NCBI GenBank assembly: GCA_963791045.1
Contig: CAWBQK010000019.1
Span: 1-33,499 of the forward strand
Direction: 5' to 3'
Length of the DNA: 33,499 nt
Origin: Candidatus Latescibacterota bacterium
GTDB taxonomy: Bacteria > Krumholzibacteriota > Krumholzibacteriia > WVZY01
Shown here: positions 1-10,153 of the stretch, in pieces
Layout: each line of letters opens with the position of its first letter
How positions within the stretch are numbered: the first letter of the stretch is position 1
Notes under the pieces: model-generated
What the model was told of the DNA's origin: nothing
The model's database searches: none
The model's input: the letters and a program-made list of their open reading frames with translations, nothing else
Translations under genes and position numbers: made by a program

Positions 1-145
1 AGGGACGTGCACGGCCCCGGTGGGGTGACCGACGAACAGGAATTCCATGGTGGAGCGGATGTCGACCAGGACTGCCTGGGCGTCGTCCTGTACCATTTCC
101 CCAGGCTTGTAAGGGGTGAGGCTCTTTTGGGCCTAGGTCGCTCAT
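1..145 (-). CDS. Rhodanese-like domain protein, N-terminal part (runs off window; probable indel errors)
   Basis: Manual minus-strand reading from ATG at 145: MSDLGPK..LQAW, then after a 1-nt shift EMVQDDAQAVLVDIRSTMEFLFVGHPTGAVHVP. LVDxRxxxE..GHxxGAxHVP is the typical rhodanese N-terminal motif. Confidence 0.6.
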   Translation of the reverse strand, partial: MSDLGPKEPHPLQAWGNGTGRRPGSPGRHPLHHGIPVRRSPHRGRARP

Positions 146-343
146 TGGGGGTGTTCCTCTGGTTCGATGGTTTGGTGCTTATTTTTTGGTCTAATCGCCC
201 GTTTGCCGTCGTTAGGGAGACGCTGACTAAAGCCGGGGGTGGTCGTCATCGGCGTTCCCCAGTGCGGCCCAGCGAGTTTAACACCCGGATTCTTGGGTAA
301 ACCCCCCACGTGAAGGGGCCTTCGGAGACTCAGTGTGCAGCTT

Positions 344-603
344 ATGTCCAAGCGCCCGGCCGTGCGGAAAAATCAAGGGGTCAGAAGCTAAAGGAGTCGC
401 TTGCTTCAGGCTTAGTGCGTCTTGCCGCCAGGCTGCCCCTGTCTGTCTTGCAGCGCATCGGCTGGGCCCTGGGGCAACTGGTCGTCGTCTGGCCCAACAA
501 GCAGCGGCGCAATGCCCTGATCAATATCCGCCTGTGCTACCCAAACCTCGGTGCAGAGGAGCAGATCGCCCTGCGGGATCGGACCCTAAGGGAGTTCGGC
601 AGG
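344..603 (+). pseudogene. 5' fragment of a lipid A late acyltransferase (LpxL/HtrB-like), truncated at ~603
   Basis: LVRLAARLPLSVLQRIGWALGQLVVVWPNKQRRNALINIRLCYPNL...REFGR matches the LpxL/HtrB N-terminus (LPL..L..lG..lG...R......Nl..cfP). Similarity ends abruptly at ~603. The start is approximate. Confidence 0.6.
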
Positions 604-862
604 TACCCGCCCAGAACCACGCAACAATGGCAACCGTGGCGATCCGGTTTGCCATCCCCGTGAAAACCTCTTCCGCGTAATCCCACCACCGGTTTTTGCA
701 CAAAAACATCCCGAGGACGAGTCCGATCGCCGCTCCTAGAATGAGACCGTTTTCGTCGGGCGCGCCGGCCACGCTAATTGCGATCGCCCAACCGATAAAG
801 AAAACGAGAGGCAGGGCTGCTACGGCCTTTCCACCACGAAATCGCAGTGCCGGTTGCGTCAT
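604..862 (-). pseudogene. 5' fragment of an NhaC-like antiporter/amino-acid transporter, truncated at ~604
   Basis: GGAGGAG RBS before ATG 862. Hydrophobic MTQPALRFRGGKAVAALPLVFFIGWAI...GMANRIATVAIVAWFWAG, after which the frame becomes nonsense inside the antisense of the acyltransferase fragment. Confidence 0.5.
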
Positions 863-980
863 GACTCCTCCATTCAAGATGCGGTCGAGTGCTCCGAACT
901 GGCGTGTGTCGGCGTCCGTCCGGTTCGCTGAATTGTCGCTTTGGGTAACTCTAGCCTGTGGGGATGATAACCGTCAAGAA

Positions 981-3783
981 TCAGAGTCTGCTGAGTTTGA
1001 TTGAATACGATGCCCAACTCGATGGATTGCGGACACCCTCCGGTGAAATCATCGATCGGCGCCGTGCTTCGGAAAGCGTCTTGACCTCGTTCATACAAGT
1101 CCCTTTCCATAATTTTATAAATGATGTCATCAACGCGCGGGCATCGTCGTCTTTGACATTCCAGAACGTCTGGATAACCGCTCCCGCACCGGCGTCGAGA
1201 AACGCATCGCCCAGGCTGGGTCCGTGCCTCCCAATCGCCATATACGGAGCGCCGCTCGAACACCCGGAAAGGATTGCCACTCGACACCCACCGAGATCCG
1301 CGGTTCGTATGTCGAGGATGTCCAGGTACCCCGCGTCGGGCCCGGCGTCATCCGAGTCGACCGCCATCGGTATCAGAACCAGGTAAGGCACCGCGGGATC
1401 GCGCAGCGTGTGGGTAGCCAGATAAATGTACGACGCCTCACTCCACTTTTGCTGGAGTTTTGCCTTTGTCGCCACCTCACCTTCGAGATACGTGGCGGCC
1501 GGATCGAGCGCAGCCATGGCTCGTCCTTCCTCCGCAGCTTGTTCCAACTCCTGCTGGAAGGGAAACCGTTTCTGGAGCTCGTCCGACGGACGGGGGTTCA
1601 CAACGATTACTCCATTGGAAACCGGCGGGGTCTCGATGGCGGGATCGGCGTAGCGCACGTAAGCAACATCGCAGTTCAAAAGAAGGGGAGTGTACGGCCC
1701 CTCCACCGCTGTATCGAACGCATCAAATGGAATCTGATTGAGACAGCAATCCGGCGTCACCAGAAAGGTCGGCCTTGGTGTCTTGCCGTCCGCCGTCAGG
1801 ACCTCTACCGGAAGCAACGTTCGCCCCAGCTTCCGAAGATCCTTGAGCATCCGCGTTGACACGGCTTTCCCTTCGGAATCGTGCGACAGTCTATCGTAGG
1901 TCGACGCCACCACGATCTTCAGCTCCGCCGGAGTCGCACCCAGAATGTCCCGCCGGATACCGCCGCGAGTCACCGTCCACCTCCACACTTCATCTCCCTG
2001 GAGCCGATAGACGCTGTGGATCGCGTTCACATCTGCCACTCGCGCCATGACCGCCGCCGATTTTTTCTCGAGTTCTTCGGCGAGCGGCCCGCGCGGTGCT
2101 TCCGTGTGTTCGACGAGGCCGACCCCGCCGTTTTTCGAGGGTGATCGGCTTCCCATTTCGCGGTAGAAATCATGCCACAGCATTTCCACCCCATAACCCA
2201 TCTTTGGATCGACGGCAAAAAGGTCGTGTGCAAGTACGCGCAACCCCTCGCCTTCTCCAATCCACAGGTAACTGTGTACGCTGGGATCCATGAACCCAAG
2301 ATCTTCCCGGAGGCGAGTGAGTCCGCTCTCGAGCGCGTGTAAAGCCAATTCGCGGTCACCCGCTGCGAGTTCGATTTGACCGAGGAGCGCGTCCCGCCGC
2401 ATCCACTCCCTGGCGAAATACTGGATATCGCTCGATGCAAGCGAATCGAATTCCGCGATGGATACGCGTGCCTTGTCGAGTTCCCCAATCTGAACCTGGG
2501 TCTCCGCTCTCAAAAGGGCAAAACGAGGTGTGTATTCCGGTGTGAACTCGGTAATCGATCGGCGGTGCCCTTCGTCGATGATCGGGAGAGCGTCTTCCGC
2601 GCGATCGTTGTCCACCAGGCCTCGACTCCAATTGAAGAGCATTTCGATGAAGTCCAGCCGGTGCCGAAGGTTGTCAACAGGTTGTTGGATCTTTTTGTAT
2701 ATCGCGTCGGCTTTGTTTACGTCACCCCGCGCCATGGCCAGGCGGGCTTCAAACCGGTCTAGCCGGAGTTTTTGAACATCCAACAATTCATCGTTGTATC
2801 TTTTTTCGAGAAGACGGGCCCTGGCAAGATTCCGCTCGCAGATGTCCCAGCAGCCAAGCCGCTCATAGTAAGACATCGCCGCCAGGATATAGCGTACTTC
2901 CGAGTGACCACCTTTGAATTCGCGGCACCATTCGATGGCCTCCTGGTACATCGCATGGGCGAGCGCCAGTCGACCCTCCCGGTAGTAGTGCGCGGCATAA
3001 AACGAGTATATCCTGGCTGTCTGCCCCGGAATTCGGCTCTCGGTGGCTATTTTTCGAGCCTTCTCATAGCAGACGATCATCGAGTCGACTTTACCCGCAT
3101 CCGCATATCGCGATCCCATCACTCCGAGTATCTGACAAACCAGCCGAGTGTTCCCGACTTCGGTTTGAACGTCGTAGGCAATCCTCAACTCACGATCGGC
3201 ATCCGCCTCCCGGCCGATATCCGTGTACAGAGTGGACAATGCCATATGGCACATGCCCACGCCGTATTGATCGCCGACCTCCTCGAAGTACTCCAAGAGC
3301 TCGAATTGAAAATCAATCTTCTCCTGAACCGACAGGGTTTCGTCGTGTTCGACACGGGACCAGACCCGCCGTTTGGCGAGATCTCTCCGGCGATCTTCAT
3401 GAGAAAGAGATTGGAAAAATCTGACGTCGTTCAACGATTTTGAATAGTGATATTCGTCTTCAAGAACCCTGCCGAGCCGGAGAAGATATGTATCGAGGGT
3501 ATCGACATTCGCCTCGTAAAGGTCCGGGGGCATGTCTCCGATCCACCCTGCAACATCCCAAAACGCGTTGACGGTTCTCCACCACCCGATCTCCCGGCAG
3601 TAGGCCGTGAGCGTGCTGTCGTCGCTGGTTGTGAGGTGTTCGATAATTTGCGGCGAAAGCCCGGGAACGAGAGAGAGGCGTGTCGGTTTTATTCTTCGAA
3701 CAGGCGAAGAAAGCCATCATGATCGCCAGGATAGCGATCGGCAGCAACCATCGTTGGCGGTGGGGGCAGAGCGTTGCTTTCAT
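981..3783 (-). CDS. Lipoprotein-signal TPR-like + CHAT (caspase HetF-associated) domain protein; one frameshift near 3690
   Basis: ORF 981..3533 has helical repeats and a C-terminal CHAT domain (YLATHT, ILSGCSSG, AFLDAGAGAVIQTFWNVKD, NPSSWASY). Its frame stays open to ~3716 and joins, by removing one A of an AAAA run, to MKATL...LLPIAILAIMMAFFAC (lipobox-like). Confidence 0.85.
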
Positions 3784-3843
3784 TGAGAGGAATTTTATCA
3801 CGGGGCGACCGCGATCCTCAACGGGATTTATTCGCCGAGGAAA

Positions 3844-4269
3844 TCACGCCGTATACTCGAACGGTGTGCCTTTTCCCTTTTCGCAGAAGGATTTGAGGCT
3901 TTTCAGGTAGTAACCCCATTGATAATTGCAGTGCGCGTAGAAGTCCGTCATGTCCCGCCACCCGGTATGAGAAAAGCGGAGAAGCGTTTGATCGCCTTGT
4001 TTTTCGAGATCGAATTTGAAACGAGTGCCGATCCACTGCTCGTCGCCCTCGACGCACTCCCATTCGACCACGCTGTCTGGCTCGATCGTAAGCACTTTCA
4101 TTTTATTGAGATAACGGTCGCCAAACTTGAACTGGATTATGGCGCCCACCTCGGGCGCGGCGACGGTCTCACGTGTCCACCAGGCGGCGAGTCCCTCTTG
4201 TTCGGTAACAGCTCTGTACACGACATCGATAAGAGCGTCGACGAGAAGCATGTGACGAATTTCCGCCAT
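3844..4269 (-). CDS. SRPBCC/AHSA1-like domain protein
   Basis: VYRAVTEQEGLAAWWT...VEWECVEGDEQWIGT..LRFSHTGW...WGYYLKSLKSFCEKGKG is typical of AHSA1/START-like proteins; AGGAGG RBS. Confidence 0.85.
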   Translation of the reverse strand: MAEIRHMLLVDALIDVVYRAVTEQEGLAAWWTRETVAAPEVGAIIQFKFGDRYLNKMKVLTIEPDSVVEWECVEGDEQWIGTRFKFDLEKQGDQTLLRFSHTGWRDMTDFYAHCNYQWGYYLKSLKSFCEKGKGTPFEYTA

Positions 4270-4331
4270 TTGTAATCCTCCTGATTAAGGCGCGGCGCAG
4301 CGCAGCGCGGGTGGCGGCTCGCGCCCACTTA

Positions 4332-5234
4332 TTAAAGTATTGCGAGCAGGGCCGGGAGATAGAGCATCGCCAGAAATATCGATGTCGAAAGCAAACTCGC
4401 GGCGAAATCAACATCAAGCTTCGCGATCGACGAGTACACCAGTGTATTGAACCCGATGGGAGACGCGCCGCAAATGATCACCACGGCACGGGTGAGGCCC
4501 TCGAGGTTGAACACGGCGCAAAACGTCAGGGCAACCAGAAGACCGCCCCCCAAACGAACGGCGAGCACGGCAAAAAGAAGCCGCGGGCGCACGAGTCTGG
4601 GCGAAAAATAAATACCGAGCGCCATCATCACCAGCGGAATCATCAGGTTTCCCAACGGCGTTAGTACCGTTCGGATATGGGGATGAACGCCGGTGTCGGT
4701 CAAATTCAGCGTAACACCGATCAACAGCGCCCAAAGCGGCGGCGACGCCATCACGCGTTTGACCGCGCCGATCGAGTTTTCGGCGGCATCTCCATAACGT
4801 GACGCAATGTAATAGATCAACGTCAAGACGAGCAGTGCGTTGCCAAAATCGTACATCGCGACGCGTGCGAAACCTTCTTTGCCTTCCATCAAGATGACAA
4901 ACGGGTAGATGAAGGCCGTGTTAACGATCATCGATCCGACAAGGGTGACGCCAAACACGGTCGGCTCACCACGGAGCCGACGAAAAACAAGGTAAGCCAC
5001 GAGATAAGTGACAAGGATGATGGCGACGGCGACAACGGGAAGCACAAGGAAATCGCGGTTGAGTTCGGCATCGGGAAGCGACAGGAACATCAACGACGGC
5101 AGCGCGACATAGAAAACAATCCGCAGAAGGACCGCACCGTCGTCTTTTTTGAGAACGCCCGTACGCCGAAGCACGATCCCCAGAACGTACGCGAATACGA
5201 GAGGCGAAAGTTTGATATATACGTCTGTCATCAT
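4332..5234 (-). CDS. AEC (auxin efflux carrier) family transporter
   Basis: About 10 TM helices; IVFYVALPSLMF, NTAFIYP, SPPLWA, IPLVMMALG and ASPIGFN motifs. Confidence 0.85.
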   Translation of the reverse strand: MMTDVYIKLSPLVFAYVLGIVLRRTGVLKKDDGAVLLRIVFYVALPSLMFLSLPDAELNRDFLVLPVVAVAIILVTYLVAYLVFRRLRGEPTVFGVTLVGSMIVNTAFIYPFVILMEGKEGFARVAMYDFGNALLVLTLIYYIASRYGDAAENSIGAVKRVMASPPLWALLIGVTLNLTDTGVHPHIRTVLTPLGNLMIPLVMMALGIYFSPRLVRPRLLFAVLAVRLGGGLLVALTFCAVFNLEGLTRAVVIICGASPIGFNTLVYSSIAKLDVDFAASLLSTSIFLAMLYLPALLAIL

Positions 5235-5244
5235 GCCGCAATCC

Positions 5245-5388
5245 GGCACGGGTCCTGTCATCGATTACCCTGAGCGAAGCGAAGTGCGGGGTGTCACGCT
5301 CGGTTGCTTCAATCGTCAAGGCGGTTAGCCCACGTCCGCTCGCTTACGCTTCGCGGCCTCTGGGGGCCCCATCGATGCCACCCGCGCC
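5245..5388. repeat. REP/MITE-like palindromic element, copy 1 (144 bp)
   Basis: Ends GGCACGGGTCCTGTCATCGATTACCC ... TGGGGGCCCCATCGATGCCACCCGCGCC are shared with 13157-13288. The ends are imperfect inverted repeats and the interior is also palindromic. Confidence 0.85.
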
Positions 5389-5407
5389 TAATTTCAATAA
5401 TTTGTCG

Positions 5408-6649
5408 CTACAACAGCATGCCCACGATGGCGCCGGTCATACACGTCGCGAGCGTTCCGGCAAGAATCGAGCGGAAACCGAGCGATACGATCTCTTCGCG
5501 GCGCTCGGGCGCCATCGCGCCGAGCCCGCCGATCATGATTCCAAGACTTCCGGGGTTCGCAAAACCGCACATCGCGTACATAAGAATCGTTCGGCTCCTC
5601 GGATCCATAACATCTCCACCCATCCGTGCCATGTCCAGATAAGCGATCAACTCGTTGAGCACCGTTTTTGTGCCCATCAATGAGCCGGCGACCCCGCAGT
5701 CCCGCCATGGTATCCCCATGAGCCATACGAAGGGCGCCATTATTACCCCGAGTATGCGTTGAAGCGTGATCGGCGCTCCGCCGGCTTCAGGGATCACACC
5801 GAGCATTACATTGATAAGATGAATCATTGAGACGAGAACAATTATCATTGCGGCGACACTAACGAGAAGACGAACGCCCTGAACCGTTCCATTTGTTATC
5901 GCATCCATCGATGATTTCGCTTCGACGGGAGGAACAAGTTTGCCCGTTGTCACATCCTCGGTTTCCGGCACCATGATTTTCGCGATGGTTATCGCCGCCG
6001 GCGCGCTAATTATCGACGCGGTCAGAATGTGCCCCAGCGCGTTGTCGATTACACCCCTCAAGAAACTCGCGTAGAGAACCATAACCGTGCCTGCGACCGT
6101 CGCCATTCCGCAAGTCATCAACGAGAAGATCTCACTTCGAGTCATGTTTCTTAGATAGGGACGAACAAGGAGCGGAGCCTCGACCATTCCAACAAAAATA
6201 TTCGCCGCAACACCAACACCCTCCGCACCGCCAATCCGCATCGTTCGCTGGAGCGCCCATGAGAAGCCGCGGACGATGACCGGGAGGACTTTCCAGAAAA
6301 AGAGAAGCGAGGAGAGAGCGCTCATTATAAGAATCAGCGGCAGCCCTCTGAAGGCGAAGATGTAGCTGGCGCCCGGACTGGTTTCATCATAGGGAAGAAC
6401 CCCACCACCCAGATAGCCGAACACGACGCGGGTACCCGCGGCCGTGGACTCTTCGAGCGCGAGAATCACTTTGTTGAGAGAGAGAAACACATTCTGGAAA
6501 GCGGGCAGCTTGAGGAGGATGACACCAAGAACGAGCTGCAGCGCAAGGCCGATGAGAACCGTCCGAAGTGCGATCTTTCGCCGGTTCTCACTCACGATCC
6601 ATGCGATCCCGACGAACACAACGAGTCCCAGGATGCTTTGGAAGATCAC
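5408..6649 (-). CDS. nupC: Concentrative nucleoside transporter (CNT/NupC family)
   Basis: ANIFVGMVEAPLLVRPYL, MTCGMATVAGTV, TASIISAPAA, GTKTVLNELIAY and YAMCGFANPGS are CNT signature motifs; GTG start with GGAGG RBS. Confidence 0.9.
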   Translation of the reverse strand: MIFQSILGLVVFVGIAWIVSENRRKIALRTVLIGLALQLVLGVILLKLPAFQNVFLSLNKVILALEESTAAGTRVVFGYLGGGVLPYDETSPGASYIFAFRGLPLILIMSALSSLLFFWKVLPVIVRGFSWALQRTMRIGGAEGVGVAANIFVGMVEAPLLVRPYLRNMTRSEIFSLMTCGMATVAGTVMVLYASFLRGVIDNALGHILTASIISAPAAITIAKIMVPETEDVTTGKLVPPVEAKSSMDAITNGTVQGVRLLVSVAAMIIVLVSMIHLINVMLGVIPEAGGAPITLQRILGVIMAPFVWLMGIPWRDCGVAGSLMGTKTVLNELIAYLDMARMGGDVMDPRSRTILMYAMCGFANPGSLGIMIGGLGAMAPERREEIVSLGFRSILAGTLATCMTGAIVGMLL

Positions 6650-6727
6650 GCCGTCACCTCCACGGAATGTCTCCCGCAATCGACGATCGTCCGAGGCATA
6701 CCGTGCCGAACAGGGCTGGATCGATGG

Positions 6728-6964
6728 TTATGAACGTGACCACTTGATCTCAACCCCGTCGTCATCTCCAAGTGCCTTCCAGAGAACTTTCATCAACGCG
6801 GGGTCGCCGCCGCCCTTTTCGAGCATCTCAAGCGTGGCCCGATTGAGATAGTAGTCTTTGTCCTCCAGAGATTCTTCTTCGAGTTGATCGATGAGAAACT
6901 GAAGCTCGGCATCGGTGATTTCACCGAGCAGTTCGCCGGTGTCGTTGTTGTAGACTTTAATCAT
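6728..6964 (-). CDS. Small acidic conserved hypothetical protein (78 aa)
   Basis: AAGGAG RBS; MIKVYNNDTGELLGEITDAELQFLIDQLEEESLEDKDYYL... reads as a real small protein of unknown function. Confidence 0.75.
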   Translation of the reverse strand: MIKVYNNDTGELLGEITDAELQFLIDQLEEESLEDKDYYLNRATLEMLEKGGGDPALMKVLWKALGDDDGVEIKWSRS

Positions 6965-7047
6965 GTCTTCTCCTTTTTGAACAGTGTGCCGTTTATGATA
7001 CGCTTGGGTGACTCCGCGAACAAACAAAAACCGTCAATTGGAAATCA

Positions 7048-7644
7048 TCATCCCGGCTTCACCCCGATAATCTGAATAACCGCCCCGTCGCCCTGGTGGC
7101 ACTGCCCCTCGTGGATTTTTCGGATCAACTCCTCCGCGCTTTTGAACACAAGGCCGTCCAGTTCCGCCTTGATCGTCTCGAGATCCATGAGGAGCTCGAG
7201 CGTCGGCGGCCCGCCGGTTCTGTATTCGAGTTGCCGCGGAGAATATCCCTCGAGGATGAACACGCCGCCGGGGCAAAGCCCCTCGACGACACTGCGGTGA
7301 ACATTGGCGCGGACGGTCGGAGGCGTGTGGCAGAAAATCGAAACAATTCCGTTCCAATGGCCCGGCTCGATGGTGTATTCCGCGAGATCCGCATGCACCG
7401 TCTCGATCGAGAAACCGCGGACTGCCGCGAGTTCCGCCGCCTTTTTCAAACCCACCGATGACATGTCCACAGCCGTCACTTCAAAGCCATTTTCAACCAG
7501 AAAGGCGGCGTTGCGACCTTCTCCCTCCCCCAAACAGAGCACGGGCCCTTTGGGAATGTTGATATACGCTTCGGAAAGAAAGTGATTTGGCGTGGTTCCG
7601 TACACATACTCCGGTGTATCGAACCGTTCGTCCCATTTGTTCAT
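7048..7644 (-). CDS. Class I SAM-dependent methyltransferase (TehB-like)
   Basis: WDERF...YVYGTTPN and VLCLGEGEGRNA (motif I), VTAVDMS, SIFCH. Confidence 0.9.
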   Translation of the reverse strand: MNKWDERFDTPEYVYGTTPNHFLSEAYINIPKGPVLCLGEGEGRNAAFLVENGFEVTAVDMSSVGLKKAAELAAVRGFSIETVHADLAEYTIEPGHWNGIVSIFCHTPPTVRANVHRSVVEGLCPGGVFILEGYSPRQLEYRTGGPPTLELLMDLETIKAELDGLVFKSAEELIRKIHEGQCHQGDGAVIQIIGVKPG

Positions 7645-7689
7645 TTGTATGTTGTCCCCGTGGTTGTCGCTTTAACTAGACGATCGGAA

Positions 7690-8271
7690 TCAACCGAAGT
7701 ACGGCGGTTCGTTCCCGGGTTTCCATTTGATGTTGCATCCGATGCTCGGTTTCTGCTCCGCCGGCGCCGGCCGGCCGCCAACAACCGCATCGATTGCCCC
7801 GCGAAGATCCTCGCCGGTTACGGGAGCACTGCTCCCAGGGCGACTGTCGTCGAGTTGTCCCCGATAGACGAGCTTCGATTCGCTGTCGAACAGGAAGAAG
7901 TCCGGCGTACACGCGGCCTTGAACTTTTTTGCGACATCCTGCGCCGCGTCGAAGAGGAAAGGGAACTTCCACGCCTCACGCGCGGCAAGCTTTTTCATTT
8001 CGTCGGGGCCATCCTGCGGATAGTTTTCCACATCGTTTGAGTTGATCGCAACGATACCGACGTCTTTCCCGAGAAAATCACCGCCGAGCCTGGTCAGTTC
8101 ATCCATCACGTGAAGAACAAACGGACAGTGGTTGCAGATGAACATGACGAGCGTCGCTTTGTCCCCGGCGCACGAAGCGTCGGTCAACGTCTCGCCCGTC
8201 ACGGCGTCGGTCAGGGAAAAGCCCGGCATCGAAGTGCCAAGCGCGAGCATTGAAGAAGGAGTCTCGGCCAT
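7690..8271 (-). CDS. Thioredoxin-like/AhpC-TSA family redoxin
   Basis: MFICNHCPFV (CxxC), AINSND..YPQD, AACTPDFFLFD, YRGQLDDSRP, PSIGCNIKWK. Confidence 0.9.
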   Translation of the reverse strand: MAETPSSMLALGTSMPGFSLTDAVTGETLTDASCAGDKATLVMFICNHCPFVLHVMDELTRLGGDFLGKDVGIVAINSNDVENYPQDGPDEMKKLAAREAWKFPFLFDAAQDVAKKFKAACTPDFFLFDSESKLVYRGQLDDSRPGSSAPVTGEDLRGAIDAVVGGRPAPAEQKPSIGCNIKWKPGNEPPYFG

Positions 8272-8301
8272 TGGTGTCTCCGTTGAAGAATTATGCGCGG
8301 G

Positions 8302-9195
8302 TTAGATCAGCACGCCGTCCTGCCAACCAATCTTGACCAGATCGATCTTTTCCGGGTCCGCCACACCGAGCTTATGCCGCGTGTCCGCGAGAAATACATG
8401 TTTCGGCGGCGGGTTGATCGGCCGGTCCTCTCCGAAATGCTCCCGGCGTTTTGCCAGGAGAACCCGAACACCCGTTGCATCAACGGCGACCGGATCGGTC
8501 CCGACAAGCAATCCCTTGTACGGCCACGTAAACTCTGGACTGTAGCTGTGCGGGCCTACGCCGTGGAAAAGCGGCGTCATCATGACGAGCACGTTGAGCC
8601 GTGTTTTACCGGCGACCAGCGGGAGCTGCCACAATGTCGCGAGATCCGCACACGTGTCATCGTGATATGAAGAAGGAGAAGACGAGAAAGTTATGTAGTT
8701 TTTTAGAAGGCTTCCCACACCCGACCAGTGATGCGTTCGCATCGGGCGGGTGTTGATTAGTGCCGTCGCGTTCTTGAAAATCTTGTCTTCGTACAACCCA
8801 CGGTCGCGAATACCTATATTGTCGGCGGATACGCCGGCGTCGATCAGTCTCTTTTCGATCGCGGCCTCGAGTTCACTCGGCGTGGGAAGGTGCTGCCAAA
8901 CATTCGTTTTTATCCCGACAATGTCCTCGGGTTTGACAAGCTTCTTCCACGCTTCCACGGGATCCTTCTCGTCGAGAAGCGTCGTCACCGCATCGTCGAG
9001 CATCTTCTGCATGATGTCTGCATTGAAGTTGTTGGATCCATCGAGCACATCGTTATCGCGCACGAGCACGACACGCGATTTCTTTTCTACCTCGGACACA
9101 ACTTTCTCGGTGGAACCCATCAACAGGGCTCCGGCGAGCGCGGCGGACGAGGTCGTCTTCAAGAAATCCCGTCTTGTCACAACGTGCTTTTTCAT
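8302..9195 (-). CDS. DUF362-like protein with Tat signal
   Basis: N-terminal TRRDFLK twin-arginine motif; VGIKTN, RTHHWSGVGSLLKN, GTDPVAVDA. Confidence 0.75.
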   Translation of the reverse strand: MKKHVVTRRDFLKTTSSAALAGALLMGSTEKVVSEVEKKSRVVLVRDNDVLDGSNNFNADIMQKMLDDAVTTLLDEKDPVEAWKKLVKPEDIVGIKTNVWQHLPTPSELEAAIEKRLIDAGVSADNIGIRDRGLYEDKIFKNATALINTRPMRTHHWSGVGSLLKNYITFSSSPSSYHDDTCADLATLWQLPLVAGKTRLNVLVMMTPLFHGVGPHSYSPEFTWPYKGLLVGTDPVAVDATGVRVLLAKRREHFGEDRPINPPPKHVFLADTRHKLGVADPEKIDLVKIGWQDGVLI

Positions 9196-9228
9196 AGTGG
9201 CCTCCTTGGCATCCGCCGTACAACAGTA

Positions 9229-10137
9229 CTACCTGTGTAATTTGACATTCTTCTCCACGTCGTCGAGCAAGCCCAGAACGGCTTCCTTCGATGCCGCGTT
9301 GAACACAATGGCAAGCGCGGCGCCGGTCCGGCGGCAGCCCGTCCATGTGCCATCTTCGATTTGTACCACCGGTTCCCCCTTGAGTTCCGGCGCGTAGTGC
9401 TTTACAAAACCGTCCATCCCTTCCCGCGCGCGCTTGTCATACGCGTATTCAACGATAAGCAGCAGATGATTTGCCCCCGTCTTGCCATACTTCGCGAGGA
9501 CGGCATCCGTGTCCTGCTCAATGTGGAGAATGTTTTCGCCGGCAACGTAGTAATGGGAATTGAGCCAAATATAGTGATGAAAGTAGCGGATGCTGGCGGG
9601 ATTGAGCGATTCCCGCGGCAGCAGATCGAGAGTGCGTGGCAGTGGACCTTCGCCTGGTATCGCGTTGTCGATGTGTCGCGCCAGTTCGAACACAGTTTCT
9701 TTCGTTTCCGCGGTTTCGGGGCTGGCCAAAATTGAAACGTAGTATCGGTCCTTCCAGAAGAGCATGAGCCCATGCGAGTAATGTGAGCCCTGCCCGTACG
9801 TGTCATCGATTTCTTCACGTGAGTGCGAGAAAACGCCGAACGCGTTCTCGGATGACCCCATATCGAATATGTCGACGATGATCTCGGGCCGATCGGGGCT
9901 CGTGTACGTTCGGTTCAACACCTCGTTGAACCCGTAAGACAGATACAACTCGGCGCCGCCGTTTATGTAGTCGAAAAGATTTTCGGGGGTGAAGGCCTGG
10001 TCGTCTGCGCCCGTTCTCCAACCCTTAACGTCGTCGGGCAACAAACTGGCGAGATCGATTGACGGGCTGGACATACACGCGACTCCCGCGGCAATGACGG
10101 CAGCCGCGATAATGAGGACGGCTCGGCGAAGGCTCAT
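9229..10137 (-). CDS. DUF6599-like lipoprotein
   Basis: Lipobox-like AAGVAC; FTPENLFDYINGGAELYLSYGF...VDIFDMGSSENAFGVFS motif; directly upstream of the DUF362-like gene. Confidence 0.7.
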   Translation of the reverse strand: MSLRRAVLIIAAAVIAAGVACMSSPSIDLASLLPDDVKGWRTGADDQAFTPENLFDYINGGAELYLSYGFNEVLNRTYTSPDRPEIIVDIFDMGSSENAFGVFSHSREEIDDTYGQGSHYSHGLMLFWKDRYYVSILASPETAETKETVFELARHIDNAIPGEGPLPRTLDLLPRESLNPASIRYFHHYIWLNSHYYVAGENILHIEQDTDAVLAKYGKTGANHLLLIVEYAYDKRAREGMDGFVKHYAPELKGEPVVQIEDGTWTGCRRTGAALAIVFNAASKEAVLGLLDDVEKNVKLHR

Positions 10138-10153
10138 CGAATCCCCCAACGCA

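Noticed and set aside
4289-4326. GC-rich hairpin after the AEC gene containing GCGCGGGTGGC, similar to one end of the repeat family
   Set aside because: Only an 11-nt match, in the opposite orientation and in GC-rich DNA; not enough to call a fourth copy.
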